A stretch of DNA of 64,000 nt from the human T2T-CHM13v2.0 reference genome, Homo sapiens: assembly GCF_009914755.1 (NCBI RefSeq), contig NC_060935.1; one strand, given 5' to 3'. Shown in pieces: positions 10,869 to 26,894 of this stretch (position 1 is the first letter of the stretch; the number at the start of each line of letters is the position of its first letter). Below the pieces are notes generated by a model. The model had not been told where the DNA came from. It was given only the letters and a program-made list of their open reading frames with translations, and searched no databases. Both the position numbers and the translations under genes were made by a program.

Positions 10869-11995
10869 TAAATTGGCAAAAAAATGAACAATTAACTATG
10901 TGATAGGTATGTAGAAGTTCATTATACCATTCTCTCATTTTTTCTCTAATAAATTGTTCATAATAAAAAGTCCTGAAAGTATATTCTCTGAGTTTTATGA
11001 CCTTGAGTAAAAGTTTAATCTCCCTGGGTGTTCAAGCTCTTTTGCCAGTAAAATGAGACAAATAGTACCTATCTCATAGGGTTGTAAGAATTACATGAGA
11101 TAGTTGATGAAAAGCACTTAGAACAGGGCATAGTACACCATATGCCTACTCCATTCGTTTATTGAATGTATCTTTAGAAATGTATCTTTTTCAAGGGCCT
11201 GACATGTCTCAGACATTGTTTTGAAATATTGAGGTACTAAGGACAGACATGGCTGCTGCCCTCAATGGTATTTATCTTTCTAGCGGTATTTATTACTATT
11301 GAAGATGTCACTATTTTATTTAAAGTTTGTTCATCCTCTTCTAGGGAGACATCAGAGGAGAGATAGAAGGAAAAATACCTCTTTAAACAAAAAATCTAAA
11401 GCAGCAACTAAGGTTTCTGACTATCATCCCTAGCAAACTTTCCAGATTTCTTTTTAAAATCTCATTCCAAGTTTCTTTCCTCAGCTCTATCCTCACCACT
11501 TCCCTGTAATTTTATCTCCCCTTGCCATCTTCATCTTAAATGAATAACAGATTTTAACATCAATGTAACTAGAACAGCTTTTTGAAATTTCCAACTGAAA
11601 ATTATTCTATTATTTATACTTGCATTTGAATTCCATCTCTGCCACATAGCTCTGGCCTTGGGCAGTTCGTCTACCTTCTCTAAGCTATACTTTCCCCATC
11701 AGCAAAGTGTAGCTATACCTAATTTGCATAGCATCCGCAGGAATTTGCAGCTAGAGATAATTTTCATAAAGTGTTTAGTATAATTTTCATGAAGTGCCTG
11801 ACACGCAGTGTTCTCGAAAAGAGAGCTTTTATTGTTAAGGTGATTATAGTTGGTGAATAAACTATCTATTTGCTAAGGTACCATCTCCAGGGAGAGCAAG
11901 GTTGGAGCCTAAGGGGAAAGATGGGACGCAGGACACCAGCTAATCTTTTCCTCTGTACAATTAATGACAGCTTTGAAGATACTGCTATAATTTGA

Positions 11996-12136
<141 letters not shown>

Positions 12137-12157
12137 TAAATTCTACTTATGTAATCT

Positions 12158-12497
12158 AGTCATCCCTTGGTATCCATGTGAGATTTGTTCCAGGACCTCT
12201 CTTGGATACCAAAATCCATGAATGCTCAAATTCTTCACATAACATGGCATAGTATTGGCATATAATGTATCATATCCTCCTGTATACTTTAAATCATCTC
12301 TGGATTATTTGTATTACCTAATACAAGGTAAATGCTCTGTAAAATGTTGATATACTGTATTGCTTAGGGAATAATGACAAGAAAAAAAAAGTCATGCACG
12401 TTTAGTTCAGGCACACTCATTTTTTTTTTCCCAAAATATTTTCAATCTGCAGTTGGTTGAACCCATAGATACAGAACTCACAGATACTAAAGCCTGT
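12158..12497. mobile_element. MER2 (Tigger-family DNA transposon)
   Basis: gtcatcccttggtatccat...ggttgaacccatagatacagaac matches the MER2 consensus pattern. Confidence 0.85.
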
Positions 12498-14330
12498 TTA
12501 CCAATATTAGACTTACCTATCCTTGGCATTGGGTTTTATAGTTCTTCTTGCCAAGAAATTACCTTGAGTGTTGGGCATATTAAATAAACTAAAATTGTCC
12601 TTACTTGTTTTATCCTTTCTATTTTGGGGGCGGCATGGGGAAGAGAGTTGTAATACAAATCTTGGCTATATCAAAGCAGTCTTTAATGAAAAACTATTGT
12701 AATATTTCTTGAATAACAACAAAAACTTCAATACAATATGTTACAGTAAACTATGTAATAAACCAAAATTAATACCATTTCATAGCATGAAAACATATAC
12801 CATTCCAAACGTGGCTGATCTATTCAATTGTAATTATAACCTACATTTGAATATAGTTTATAAAACAATTTTTTTAATATATTTGTTCTTACCATAACCT
12901 TGTTAGGAAGTCAGGAAGGATTCTGACAAATCTTCAATTTGTTTATTGGAGAAGAGGGAGAAAGTGAGTTGTTGCTTAAGGCAGGAATGAAGTGAAGACT
13001 TGGAGTTAAGTTTAATGACATGTAGTTGGGCCTTTTTCTACTGATTGGGCTCTGTTATCATATCAAACCATTGTATCTTTCCCTGAGTCTAAAATTCTCC
13101 TTGAATTTATCAAGAAAAAAGTTGAGGAATGGTAAACATTTGAGTATGAAGCTTACAATTTCTCAACTTGTTTTGTTTTGTCCTGGTTCTGGAAAACTAG
13201 AATATCCAAGTATCTAAAAAGTCTAAGGCAAACTTAGTTATGTTTTTCTCTATCCTATTCCATGACAGAGCTAATTACTATATCCTATTCCTCTTCCCCT
13301 TTCAGAAGTGTCTATATCTGCCCAAGAATCATTTTAATAAATAGGAAATTTATTATAGTACTCTAATAGGGTGCATGACAAAGATGTTTCTGACAGCATT
13401 AGGCTGAAGGGATGCTCTTTGAGAGTTTATATGTGAGCCCAGGGTAAATCTGCATTACCTTAAGTCCCTTTTATTTATTTATTTTTGATCTGGAATATTA
13501 GTATAAAGAAGGAAAACAAATGTTAACATATTATGTGCTAGTCATTGTGCTAGGCATTGTCATACAATGATGCTACACTTAATCTTTACAATATTCCTAG
13601 CATTGTTATTCCCAGTAGTAGTAAGGGGCATTGCTGGCATACGGACCCATATCTGCTGGTACCCATGCCATGATGAATATGACTTGGGAAAAATGTGTTT
13701 TTTAGACATAGGAAACAGACACTCTAATTTTTCACTGAGTTTCTACTATTTGATTAAGCCTCTTTATTTAATTCCTCTCCCCACCTCCACCCCCGTTTCT
13801 TAAGATAATGCGCTACAAAAATGGCAATCATAAATATAAAGTTTACAAAAAAGAATGTATACACTAGTCCAGTGGAAAATATAATTGGACTGGGAATTGC
13901 AATTTTGATACTCACTTTATTTATTGGTTATTATGTGACCCTAGAAAAGACGTCTACAAGAAAAACTTTCTGTGCCTTAGTTTCTCCATCAAAAGGATAG
14001 ATAAGTCATGTTTGTTCCTCCTTATTTTATAAACTTTGGGGATTAGTTGATGTAATAGAGAAAATAGAGTTCTTTTCATGATATATGCTGGGCAAATCAA
14101 AGTATTTATTGTTACAAATAACTACATTATAACCAAATGATTAGTTAAATAATGATTTTGTTTAATATGTAATGCTTATAATAAATTGCGGTAGCTTATC
14201 GCTGAATTCAGTATTTCAAGAACAATTTTTTTTTGCTGTAATTCATTATTGTCCTCAGGAAATATAAAAATTATATAGCTGAAGATAATAAACAAGTCCT
14301 GAAATAAAACTATTTCAAATACTAGTGGAC

Positions 14331-14637
<307 letters not shown>

Positions 14638-14923
14638 TAAGAATCTCTGTTTTTGAGGCACCTGGGAAAAAATTTTTTCTTCCCTCATATTTTTCAGAAG
14701 AATGCACTAGTGTAGTGGTACCAAGAGTTTATCTGACAGAGGTTATAGGAAGCTCCGCTTTCATTTTGGATCCCATGTCAAACACTGATTTAATATTATT
14801 CACTGGCCCTTTTAGATTGGTTCTCAGTTTCTCATAGGAATTTTGTGAATTGCATACCTGAAAAGAGAAACAAAAGACTCGGGTTGCATTCAGAGTTTTA
14901 AAGTATCTAACATTTATTTTTAG

Positions 14924-16678
<1,755 letters not shown>

Positions 16679-16821
16679 GAATTCAGTCTACTGGATTTAA
16701 GGGAATGGCTTATGGAGTTGTTATTTCATAGGCATTGAAAATGGTTTTCTAAACTCCAAAATGGTCATCTTATCAATAATAATAATATTGACCATTTCCT
16801 ATCTGCCAGGCATTTTTCTAA

Positions 16822-17185
<364 letters not shown>

Positions 17186-17878
17186 TAACTTGCCCTATTT
17201 TAAAGTCAAGCAATGGGAAGAATAACAAGATTATATAGTAATCAGTTTCATGACACTAAAAGTCATATAGTCATAGGGTTTTTTCATCTTTCATATCTTT
17301 GCCTAAATTCATTTGCTACAGTGCAGGAACCAAAACTTGTTCATCTCATGATTCCCTACATCTGACATAAGGAAAGTAAGTGCTCAGAAAAATGTGCAGG
17401 TCAATAAGTTGCAAAAGTTGGGGCTGCAATTAATGCTAACATAAGAGCTAAATGCTTGATTAGAAATGATCTCAAAACCTTTTAGAATTTCCAAAATCTT
17501 CATATTACTGAAACTGTCGGAATATATGGGTCTTGAAATTCAGAAGATGATAGTCACTCTTCCCATATTTATAGGCTATTAAGGCAAGGGATATCTTAAA
17601 CATCATATTACTTTATTTAGATTTCTACTACTCCAATTATTAATGTTATGTATTTCTCATTGTTTTACTTCTTCATGGTATTATGAAGACTATATAGATG
17701 ATTCAACCAAGCCTGCAAATCTCCCTCTTGTGGAATTCCACTGGACCCAATCTGTTTTCCATTTCCATTGCAATACTACTAAAGCCATACAATATCAAGC
17801 ACCCTCCCTCTAGGTCCAGGGACTATCACAGAAGAAGCAGGCATGTAAGATTTTAAGGACTGGTTTCGAGGGGTCGAG

Positions 17879-18308
17879 TGTAGGAAAACAGCCTGTTGCA
17901 TTGTAAGAGTGATGTCATCTTGAAGAGCAGCTGGCATGATGACTGCTGTTTGACTCCTGCATACCAAGATATTCTGCAGCAATGTCTTTAAACAGTGCCG
18001 GTAGTACAGATAACCCCTCATAAAGATGCTTATCTAACCTCCCCAGTGTTCAGGTGTTTCACAAGAAAGTCTGAGATATGACTAGCTACACGTTTTGCCA
18101 AAAATGCTTGTTATATAAAGGGTACTTTTGGGAGGGTGAGTGCCGCCATTTAGTGGCTGCTAGAAACATTGCTTCTGTTTGTAAGTTCCTATTAAATGTT
18201 TCTTTCTGAGAAACCGTATTTGTCAGCCTCTTTCTTTGGCCTCTCAGCTTCTTTGGTCTTTGGGGGTAGGTTGGGGTAGGTTTGCATTGACCTGCTCACC
18301 GTGAAACA
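17879..18308 (+). mobile_element. Solo LTR (LTR47A-like) at the 3' end of FAM111A
   Basis: TG start (tgtaggaaaacagcctgttgca), TATATAAA 18112-18119, ATTAAA 18191-18196, CA end (gaaaca 18308). Confidence 0.75.
18191..18196 (+). terminator. FAM111A: Probable FAM111A polyadenylation signal (ATTAAA)
   Basis: ATTAAA followed by U/GU-rich downstream sequence, ~1.5 kb after the stop codon. Confidence 0.65.
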
Positions 18309-19064
18309 CCTGGTGACTTTTAATGAAGAATGGCATTAGAAACCAAGATCTAGGCACTAGATATGCTCATTGCTGGTGGCGTGTTGTTTCTTTTAGGCCC
18401 CCTCAGCTGACAGGGCAAAGAAATATTTGTGTGTATATTTACCCACATATGTATATGTACACATATGTATATATGCCTTGCTTATCTGTAAATTCCAACT
18501 CCAAACAGTTGGAAGCGTGATGCCTGCCATCCCTCACACATTCACTTAATTGCTTAATCCAAGTATACATATATAGCAGTGTCAGAATTGTTAACCTCTA
18601 CCTCAATGGGAAATAATTTTATCAACTAGAATACAGTGCCTATGTGCAATTTCCCTGCTTTTAGTCTTATATATTCCATTCATTCCCAAAGTTATTTCAG
18701 TCACCCTGTTGTTTCTTACCTCCTTCAGTGACGTTTTATATGCTTATAGTACAGTTATACATAATATAATAGTTAGATTTTCTTGTCACAGTTTGAATTC
18801 TTTCCTTTGACCCCTTGACCTCCTAAATGATATTTTAATGTGTATTCATTGATTCACTCTGTGCTGTAAAGTTCTATGGGTTTTATCATACAGAATAGTT
18901 ATATCACCCTAGAAATCTGTGCTTCACCTATGTATCCCTCATATCCCTCCCCTCTCCCCTGAACCCCAGCAAAAAAAAAAAAAAATCACTGATCTTTTTA
19001 CTATCTTTATGGTTTTGCATCTTCTAGAATGCTATATAATCAGATTCTGTTTATATAGTTAGTA

Positions 19065-19480
19065 CATTTTCCACATTTTTCTTTTTTGTTGTTGGTGGTG
19101 ATTTTTCTGCTTAAGTGCTTAAATGGGTCCCATGCATAAAACTGAGGTTCTGTCGAGTGTTCCCTACCAAAAGATGGCTGCAATATGCCTTATAAAGAAA
19201 ACATATGTATTAGATAAGCTTTTCAGACAGGAGTTATGGCATTTTGGGCTGTGAGTTCAATGTTAAGGAATCAACAATATATATTAAATAAGCTGTATTT
19301 TTAACAGAAACACACATAAAGCAAGTTTATTTACTGACTTTGATGAAAATGTTGTGACCAGAAGATAATATGAATTTAACACTGTGTTACTCCTAAAGGC
19401 AATGCTTCAGTATTTGCTAATTCAATATTTGCAGCATCTTTATAGACCATAACTACCACAAATAATGAGAACTGACTGTA
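19065..19480. mobile_element. MER44 (Tigger7-derived) DNA transposon fragment
   Basis: gtgagttcaatgttaaggaatcaacaatatatattaaataag and terminal aataatgagaactgactgta. Confidence 0.8.
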
Positions 19481-19999
19481 TCATTTCAAATATGGTTTCA
19501 AGTCTAATGCCTGCCTAATCGTCACAGAGACTTAAACTTACGTGGCTTTACTGTTTATTAAATAATTTCTGACATATTATCTCAATACACATTAGAGCAG
19601 ATATTATTATACCTGTTGCCTGTGTGAGAAGGAAGTATAACTGAATTTTTACCCAAATTGGTGATATCTTGGAAAAGACTGGGACTTATATCTTGAAATA
19701 TAGCTTATTGTTCTTTCTCCTAAGAGCTAGTTCATCAGATCCAGACACTACTATGGCCATTCCTGCATCTAAAGTACACCCACCTTGGATCACTTAAGAA
19801 ATATAAGCATTTCAGAATGCAGCAAATACCTTTCTCTGATTTTCTCTTGTCCTAGCTCTCAAGACCAGGTAGCTAGAAAATTCAGCTTAGGTCTGGATTT
19901 ATCACCACTCACTCATCCAATTCCTGGTTACAGAGCTAACCCACTATCACATTCTACTCCAGATCTCTCTTTGAAATGGGATAATGGATTAAACAAGGT

Positions 20000-20447
20000 T
20001 GTAGTGGGTTTAACTGTGCCTGCCCCTAAGGGCAGGCACTATCCTCACCCTATATACCTATAAATGTGACCTTATTTAGACAAAAATGCTTTGTAGATGT
20101 AATTAAATTAAGATTCAAGAGATGAGATCATCCTGCACTTACTGGGTGAGCCCTAAATCCAGTAACGAGCATCCTTATAAGTAAAGAAGAAACACAGAGG
20201 AGAAACCGAGAAAGAAAGGCCATGTGAAGATGGAGACAGAAATTGGAGAGATACATCTACAAGCCAGGGGTTGCCAGGGATTGCCAGAGGCCACTAAAAG
20301 CTAGGAGAGAGGCATGGACAGGTTCTCCTCAAAACCTCCAGAAGGAACCAACCCTGATAACATCTTAATTTCAGACTTCTGGTCTCCAGAAATAAGAGAG
20401 TAGATTTCTGTAGTTTCAAGCCACCAAGTTTGGGGTAATTTGTTATG
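20000..20447 (+). mobile_element. MLT1 (MLT1C-like) MaLR LTR
   Basis: gtgaccttattt, ggccatgtgaagatggag, cagacttctggtctccagaa and aagccaccaagtttggggtaatttgttatg blocks. Confidence 0.85.
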
Positions 20448-20989
20448 AACTGGGTGGCTTAAAACAATTTAGTCTCTCACAGTCATGAGAGGACAGAAAT
20501 GTATAACCTGAAGTCAAGGTGTTGGCAGGGCTGTACTTTCTCCAGAAGGTGCAGTGGGGGTAAGGGCGAGTGAATTAAGGGTCCCCCACTGACCTACCTG
20601 CTAATGAGTCTGAGTGGCCAGAGGTAGAATTGAAATAAGCCACCCAAATGATTCTTTGGTTGTCACTCATGTGACTCAGTCTCCTCTGGGCAGGAACAGG
20701 AAGGGATGCTCTCATGACAATGGAGCAGCAAGCCCCACAGCCCAGCAGAAAAGCAACGTGGTTGTGGCTACTGAGTGAAGAATCCCTGAAGTTGAAATAC
20801 ATGGTGTCAGCAATAAGGACCTTGCTATTTGATATATAGCTTCGGGCGAACAAAACATTTGAAATTTATTTGATTGAATACAAACTAGTCATTCAAAACT
20901 AAAAATACATGTAGCCAATTTCCTTCCCCTTTGCCCCCCTTTAACCCATCCCTTCCCTTCTGCCTCAACCTCAGCTGCTTTTAGAGAAA

Positions 20990-23900
20990 GATAATTAGAA
21001 TGCAACTGAGATATCTCTGTCCCCAAATGGGACGGAGGCCATGCACACCTGTGTGCATATACTGGGGAACTTCAGGGAGGGAAGGGCTCAAGCTTATGGC
21101 TCTGTTGGATTCAGGTGTCCAAGTCACCATCCTACCCTGTCCTGTAAGAGAACAAGATGTTGGGCACAGGAATGGCCAAAGGCACCAAGGACTAAAGGAT
21201 GGAGCTGAGGCAGTGTACATAGGGGTAGAAAGGGATCTCTGGGCCTGGGTGTTCACCAAATACTGAGAGGTGCATGGAAAAGAACTGACACTTGTGCTTA
21301 GATTCTGACCCTGCAGCAAGGAGTTAAAGGAGGGAAAAGGCTAGCAACTAAGTTTTCTTCCCTCTCTCTCTCTGCTGTCTTCCATTTGCCACCCTAGCTG
21401 TCCTTTCCCTCTCACCCTGAACTTCCCTGGGCTCCTAGACAGGCACAATTGTTGGAGCCTGATTTTCATTATGCTCCTACAGGGGGAAAAGCAAACGAAT
21501 TCAACTGATGGAGTTTAGGTATGATTTGCTGTGAGAGAAAGAAAGCTAAAGTAACGTTATAGATGGAGCTCCTTGGGCGGATTCAAGATACCGTTGTTGT
21601 GGAATGATGTTGAGTGCCTTCACTTCCTCATCTCGTGTCAGAGAGGATCACCCTGTTCAGCAACTGCTTCCTGTGGGACATGTAGATCATCCTCTCAGTT
21701 TGTTTCCCTGTCCCCTCTCAGTAGTCTAGCAACAACAATATAGACTCTTCAAAAGAATGGGAAATCCTAGCTTTGCTTAAATACAGAAGCGCTCAGAGGC
21801 CATTTCCTAGGACAACATTGCCACCTACTGGAGGTAGCCACAAGTACACACCAATAAAGGCAGCTGTCAATTACCCTGCTGCCAAACTCTTGAGATCCAC
21901 TGCCTGACTCAAGGATGCCTCTTCCATCTGGCATCCCTTTTGGGTCTTGGGTCAACTAAGACTGGTTGACTAACAAAGGGAGAATCCAAAAGGCCAAAAA
22001 AGCAGTTAAATGAAAATGGTATATTCAAGAGCTCAGCCAGGGTGGTCTTGGCGTCACATTGGTTTTACAAGAAAAGAAAATGTCAGATGCCTTTCCGGGT
22101 GAAATGTTATCTCTTACTTTGTCACCTGAATTATGTTATTTTCCTCCAAGGAGGGTTTACTGTATCCTCCTGATACAGAGTGAAATCAGATCATTAAGGT
22201 CTGATTATCAATTAAGAGGTCTGATTATCAATCAGACCTTTTAATGATCAGATTTCAGTCATGGATAAAATCAACTTGAGACTCAGTTGTATAATGCCAA
22301 GGCTCTGTCTACCTCTGGTTGGCTTCACTTCTAGAGTGTAGCCTGGAAGGGCCCCAGCTGAGGCCTTGGGATGTTTACTAGTGTCCTCCCACTTCCTGCG
22401 TTATCGAATTCAGAACTCCAATTTTTATCTCCTCAGCACTGTAAGTCTTTAGGGCACTCTGCTCCACTTTTCACTGGATGACTCCAATGGGCACAAGGCA
22501 TGAAACTTAGTGCCATCCTTAAGGATCTAAAGGATACAGAAATGATGCTCCCTGTCATGTATGCATTTAGTTCATCAGTTGTGGAGAATGACCATTCACT
22601 ATCACAAAATCAACCAACTGGTGGGCCCAGTTGCAGCCACTGTGCCAGATGTGGAATCTTTGCTAGAGCAAATGCACATTTAATCAGGTACATGGTATGT
22701 GGCCATCAGTTGAATTAATGCATTCTCTTCTATCTCTATCAGAAAAAGGGATCATAAATAGTTCCACTCACATGGAATAGACAACAGTGTACATGTGTAT
22801 TTTTGCCCCAGGACTATATTAGATATAGTGTTCCTTCTGTTATAATATAGATAGAAAAGATTTGGACTACTTGTACTTCCTTCAGACCATCACACCTGTC
22901 TACTATATCGATGTTAACATGCTAATTAGGCCAGATGGCAAGAAGTAATCAACTACCTTGGAGGTGCCGGTACACATGCATTTCAGGTGACAGGAAATAA
23001 ACCCCGTGAGGAATCAGAGGCCCCCTAAATCAGGGGCATGCTAAGACCACCCATCCAAAGAAAAGGATGAATTATTGAATCTTGCATACCCCATGAAGAA
23101 AAAGAAAGTACACTGCCTGATAAATCTCTTTGGGTTCTGAAGGTAGCATATTCCATGCATGGGTATACTGTTTCAGCCAATTTACAGGGGATGCTATAGG
23201 CTGCCAGCCTTGAGTGGGGTCTGGATTAGGAAAGGGTCCCAGAAGATCCAAGCTATAGTGAAAACAGTACAGCTGCTTGGACCATGTGCCCTGGCTGACC
23301 CTCTGGTATCAGATGTGGGAAAAGATACCATGTGGAGTTGATAGCAAGCCCAAGTGGGAAAATTACAAGGCAAAGTTTTGGGGTTCTGGAGAAAGCCCGT
23401 GTTTTTTGCAGTGGATAGTTATATATCTTTTGAATAACAACTCCTTTTGAATTATATACTGTTTGAATATACCTTTTGGGCCCTGGTAGGGAGCACCTAA
23501 CCATGAGACATTAAGTGACTCTGCATCCAAATCTCGCCATTTTTTAGTGAGTTCTATCAGAATTATCAAGTCATAATGTCAAGTGTGGCCAAAAAACCAG
23601 TCTCTCGTATGATGGAGTTGGAATGCCTAGCATTGTGCAGCATGAGCAGGAAAGGAGACCACAAGTGAGTTGTATGACAAATGTGTGGAGCAGGCTCCCA
23701 AAGATGTTCACACCATAATCCCTGGAATATGACCATGTAGGTTATATGGGAAAAGGGAATTAAGACCGCTAATCATCTAAGTTTAAGATAGCAAGGTTAT
23801 CTTGGATATCTGGATAGCCTGATGTAAGCACGATGATTCTTAAAGGTGAGAAAAGGGAGAATCAGAGATTCAGAGGGAAACGTGACCATGAAAGAGGCAC

Positions 23901-24700
23901 AGAGAGATGCAACACTGCTGGCTTTGAAGATGGGGGAAGGGGTCATGAACCAAGAAATGTGAGTGAGCTCTAGGAGAAAGAAAAGGCAAGGAAACAGATT
24001 CTCTTCTAAACCTTCCAGAAGAGAACTGAGCCATAATGATACCTTGATTTTAGTCCAGCGAGACCCATGTCAGGTATCTGACCTATGTAGGCCTATACAT
24101 CAGCCTGGGAAACAAAGGGTAGAGGCAGGAAGGGCCCTGCTTAGCTTTATCTGTATCCCTAATAACACACTTAGGGAATTTGTGCTTCCTGTCTCTCCCT
24201 CTGCCATCCATGCCCCTGCCAGCCCCCAGGTCAGGGCTCTGTAGGATGAAAGGTCCTGATTCCCTGTGGGGGCACACTTCTGCCAGGGGACACGGAAAGA
24301 GTCCTGCTGAACTCTAAGCTATAGCTTCTGCCTGTCACTGCAAAGACTTTGTATCCAGAGACCAGTATGCAAGAAGAGTCATTGCCTGGGCTCAGGCAAT
24401 TAACCCAGTTCTTCAGGAGGAGGAAGTGCTTATGTGACACAGTAAGGGCAGGGAGAAATGTGTTTGCCACTCACATGATCCATTTGGACCCTACTTGACC
24501 AAATTTGATAGTAAACAGACAATTACACCACCATAGCTTGAAAATAGCATGGCAGCCAGGGTCTCAGACCCCTCAGAAATGAAGATTTGGGTCCTGCCAC
24601 CAGGTAAGACACCAATACTAGGAGAAGCATTACCTGAGGCTGAGGCTGATATAGAATGGACACCAGAGAAGGGAGAGAGTAAAAATCAGTTACATCCCCT
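20990..24700 (+). mobile_element. Degraded ERV-L class proviral internal sequence (protease, RT, RNaseH/integrase remnants)
   Basis: Aspartyl-protease motif ALLDSGVQVTILP (DSG 21108-21116); pol blocks SAILKDLKD (~22510), YYIDV (decayed YIDD, ~22900), GILFQPIYR (~23160) and PNNTLREFVLPV (~24160); many stops and frameshifts. Confidence 0.75.
23685..24085 (+). mobile_element. MLT1D-like LTR inserted in the ERV-L remnant
   Basis: cccaaagatgttcac, tgctggctttgaagatgg and accttgattttagtccagcgagaccc blocks. Confidence 0.75.
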
Positions 24701-25111
24701 AAATCAATTGCTGTGAGAAAAATGAGAATTCTCTCCGAAATTCCAAATAAAATAAATTCTCCCTTTATTTATTATTTTATTTATTTGAGAGAATTATCTC
24801 TCAAATTCCAGCTGTGCATTGTACCAACTGGAATTTGAAAGTGAAAAAATACCATTTATTTGAGCAATTTCCCTCCTTCCCATCCAAACTAACTTGCTGA
24901 GATTTTGATTGCATTTGCAATGAATCTGTAGAACAAGTTGGGAAGAACTGATAACTTGACAATACTGAGCCTTTCTATAAATGTACATTGACTATCTCTC
25001 CATGTATTTAGTCATTCTTTGATTTCATTTATCGGAATTTTGTAGTTTTCTTCATATAGAGCTTGTTCAGTCTTTTCAGATTTATGCCCCAGCTGTCTCT
25101 TCCCAGTGGAG

Positions 25112-25305
25112 TTGTATAGATAGTGCTATTTCTCCCAGCCACAATGTGTGACAATACACATGAAGTATCATCAGCCAGGGAAGCTCACCTGAGCTTCAGT
25201 GTCAGGGTTTTTACTGGGGGCTATTCATGTAGATATGGCTGACCTTAGTCTCCAGATCCTCCAGAAGTGGTGCTGATAATGTGTGGTCCAAGTCCACCAC
25301 TATAA
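25112..25305. mobile_element. MER21-like LTR fragment
   Basis: atgtgtgacaatacacatgaagta...ccagggaagctcacctgagc block. Confidence 0.55.
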
Positions 25306-25799
25306 ATATTAAATAAAATAGACTTCAGATCAGAGAAAATTACCAGAGACAGAGAGTGCTATTATATAATAATAAAAGGATTGATCACCTAAAAGACACA
25401 GTAATTACAGGTGTGCAAGCACAAAACAACAAAGTGACAAAATATGTTAAGCAAATCCTGATATAACTAAAAGGATAATAGGCAAATCCACAATTATAGT
25501 TAGAGAACTCAACATCCTCCTCTCTCAACAACTTATAGAACAACTATACAGAAAATCAGCCTGGATATGGAAGAACGGAACAACATGATAAACCAACAGG
25601 GTCTACTGGTCATTTATAGAACACTTCATCCAACAGTAGAGTACACATTCTTTTCAAGCACCCACAGAGTGAATACAAAGATAGATCATATCCTAGGCCA
25701 TGACACAAACCTCAACAAATTTGAAAGAGTTGAAATCATATTGAGTGTGTCCTCTGGGCTACAATGGGATCAAACTAGGAATCAATAACCTAACAATAA

Positions 25800-26128
<329 letters not shown>

Positions 26129-26894
26129 ATAGTGCGTAGGTTAAAGAAGAAGACTCAGGAGAAATTTAAAAAGACATTGAACTGAATAAAGGTGAAAATA
26201 AAGCGTCTCAAAATTTGTGGGACACAGCCAAAGCCATGGTGAGAGGAAAATCAATAGCACTAAATGCTTACATTAGGAAAGAGGAAAAGCCTCAAACCAA
26301 TAATATCAGCTTTTACTATAATAATCTAAAAAAAGAGCAAAATAGGTAGCCAAATTAAGACAATAATAAAGATAAGAGCCAAAATAAACAATGAGTTGGT
26401 TCTTTTGAAAAAAAAAATACATGAAATTGACATACTGCTTAGCGAGACTGGCAGGGAAGGAGGGAAGGAGAAAGGGAGAGGTGGGGGGAGAAAACCAAAT
26501 TGCCAATAACATCAAGAATGAAGCCATGTTATCACCACAGCCCTTGAAGATATCAAAAGTATAATAAGCACACATTATGAACAACTCCACACATAAATTT
26601 GACAACTTGTATAAAATGGACCAATCCCTTAAAAAATACAAATGACCACAACTCATCCGATATGAAATAGGTAATTTGAATAGCGCTCTATTAAGGAAAT
26701 TGAATTTGTAATTTAAAATCTTCTGAAAAAGACATCTCCAGGGCTAGATGCTTTTACTGGACAATTCTATCAAACTTTTAAAGAAGAATTAACACCAATT
26801 CTATACAGTCTGTTTCAGAAAATAGAAGAGGGTAGAAAACTTCCCAATTCATTTTTATGAAGCTAGTATTATTCTGATACCACCCCTCCCAAAA

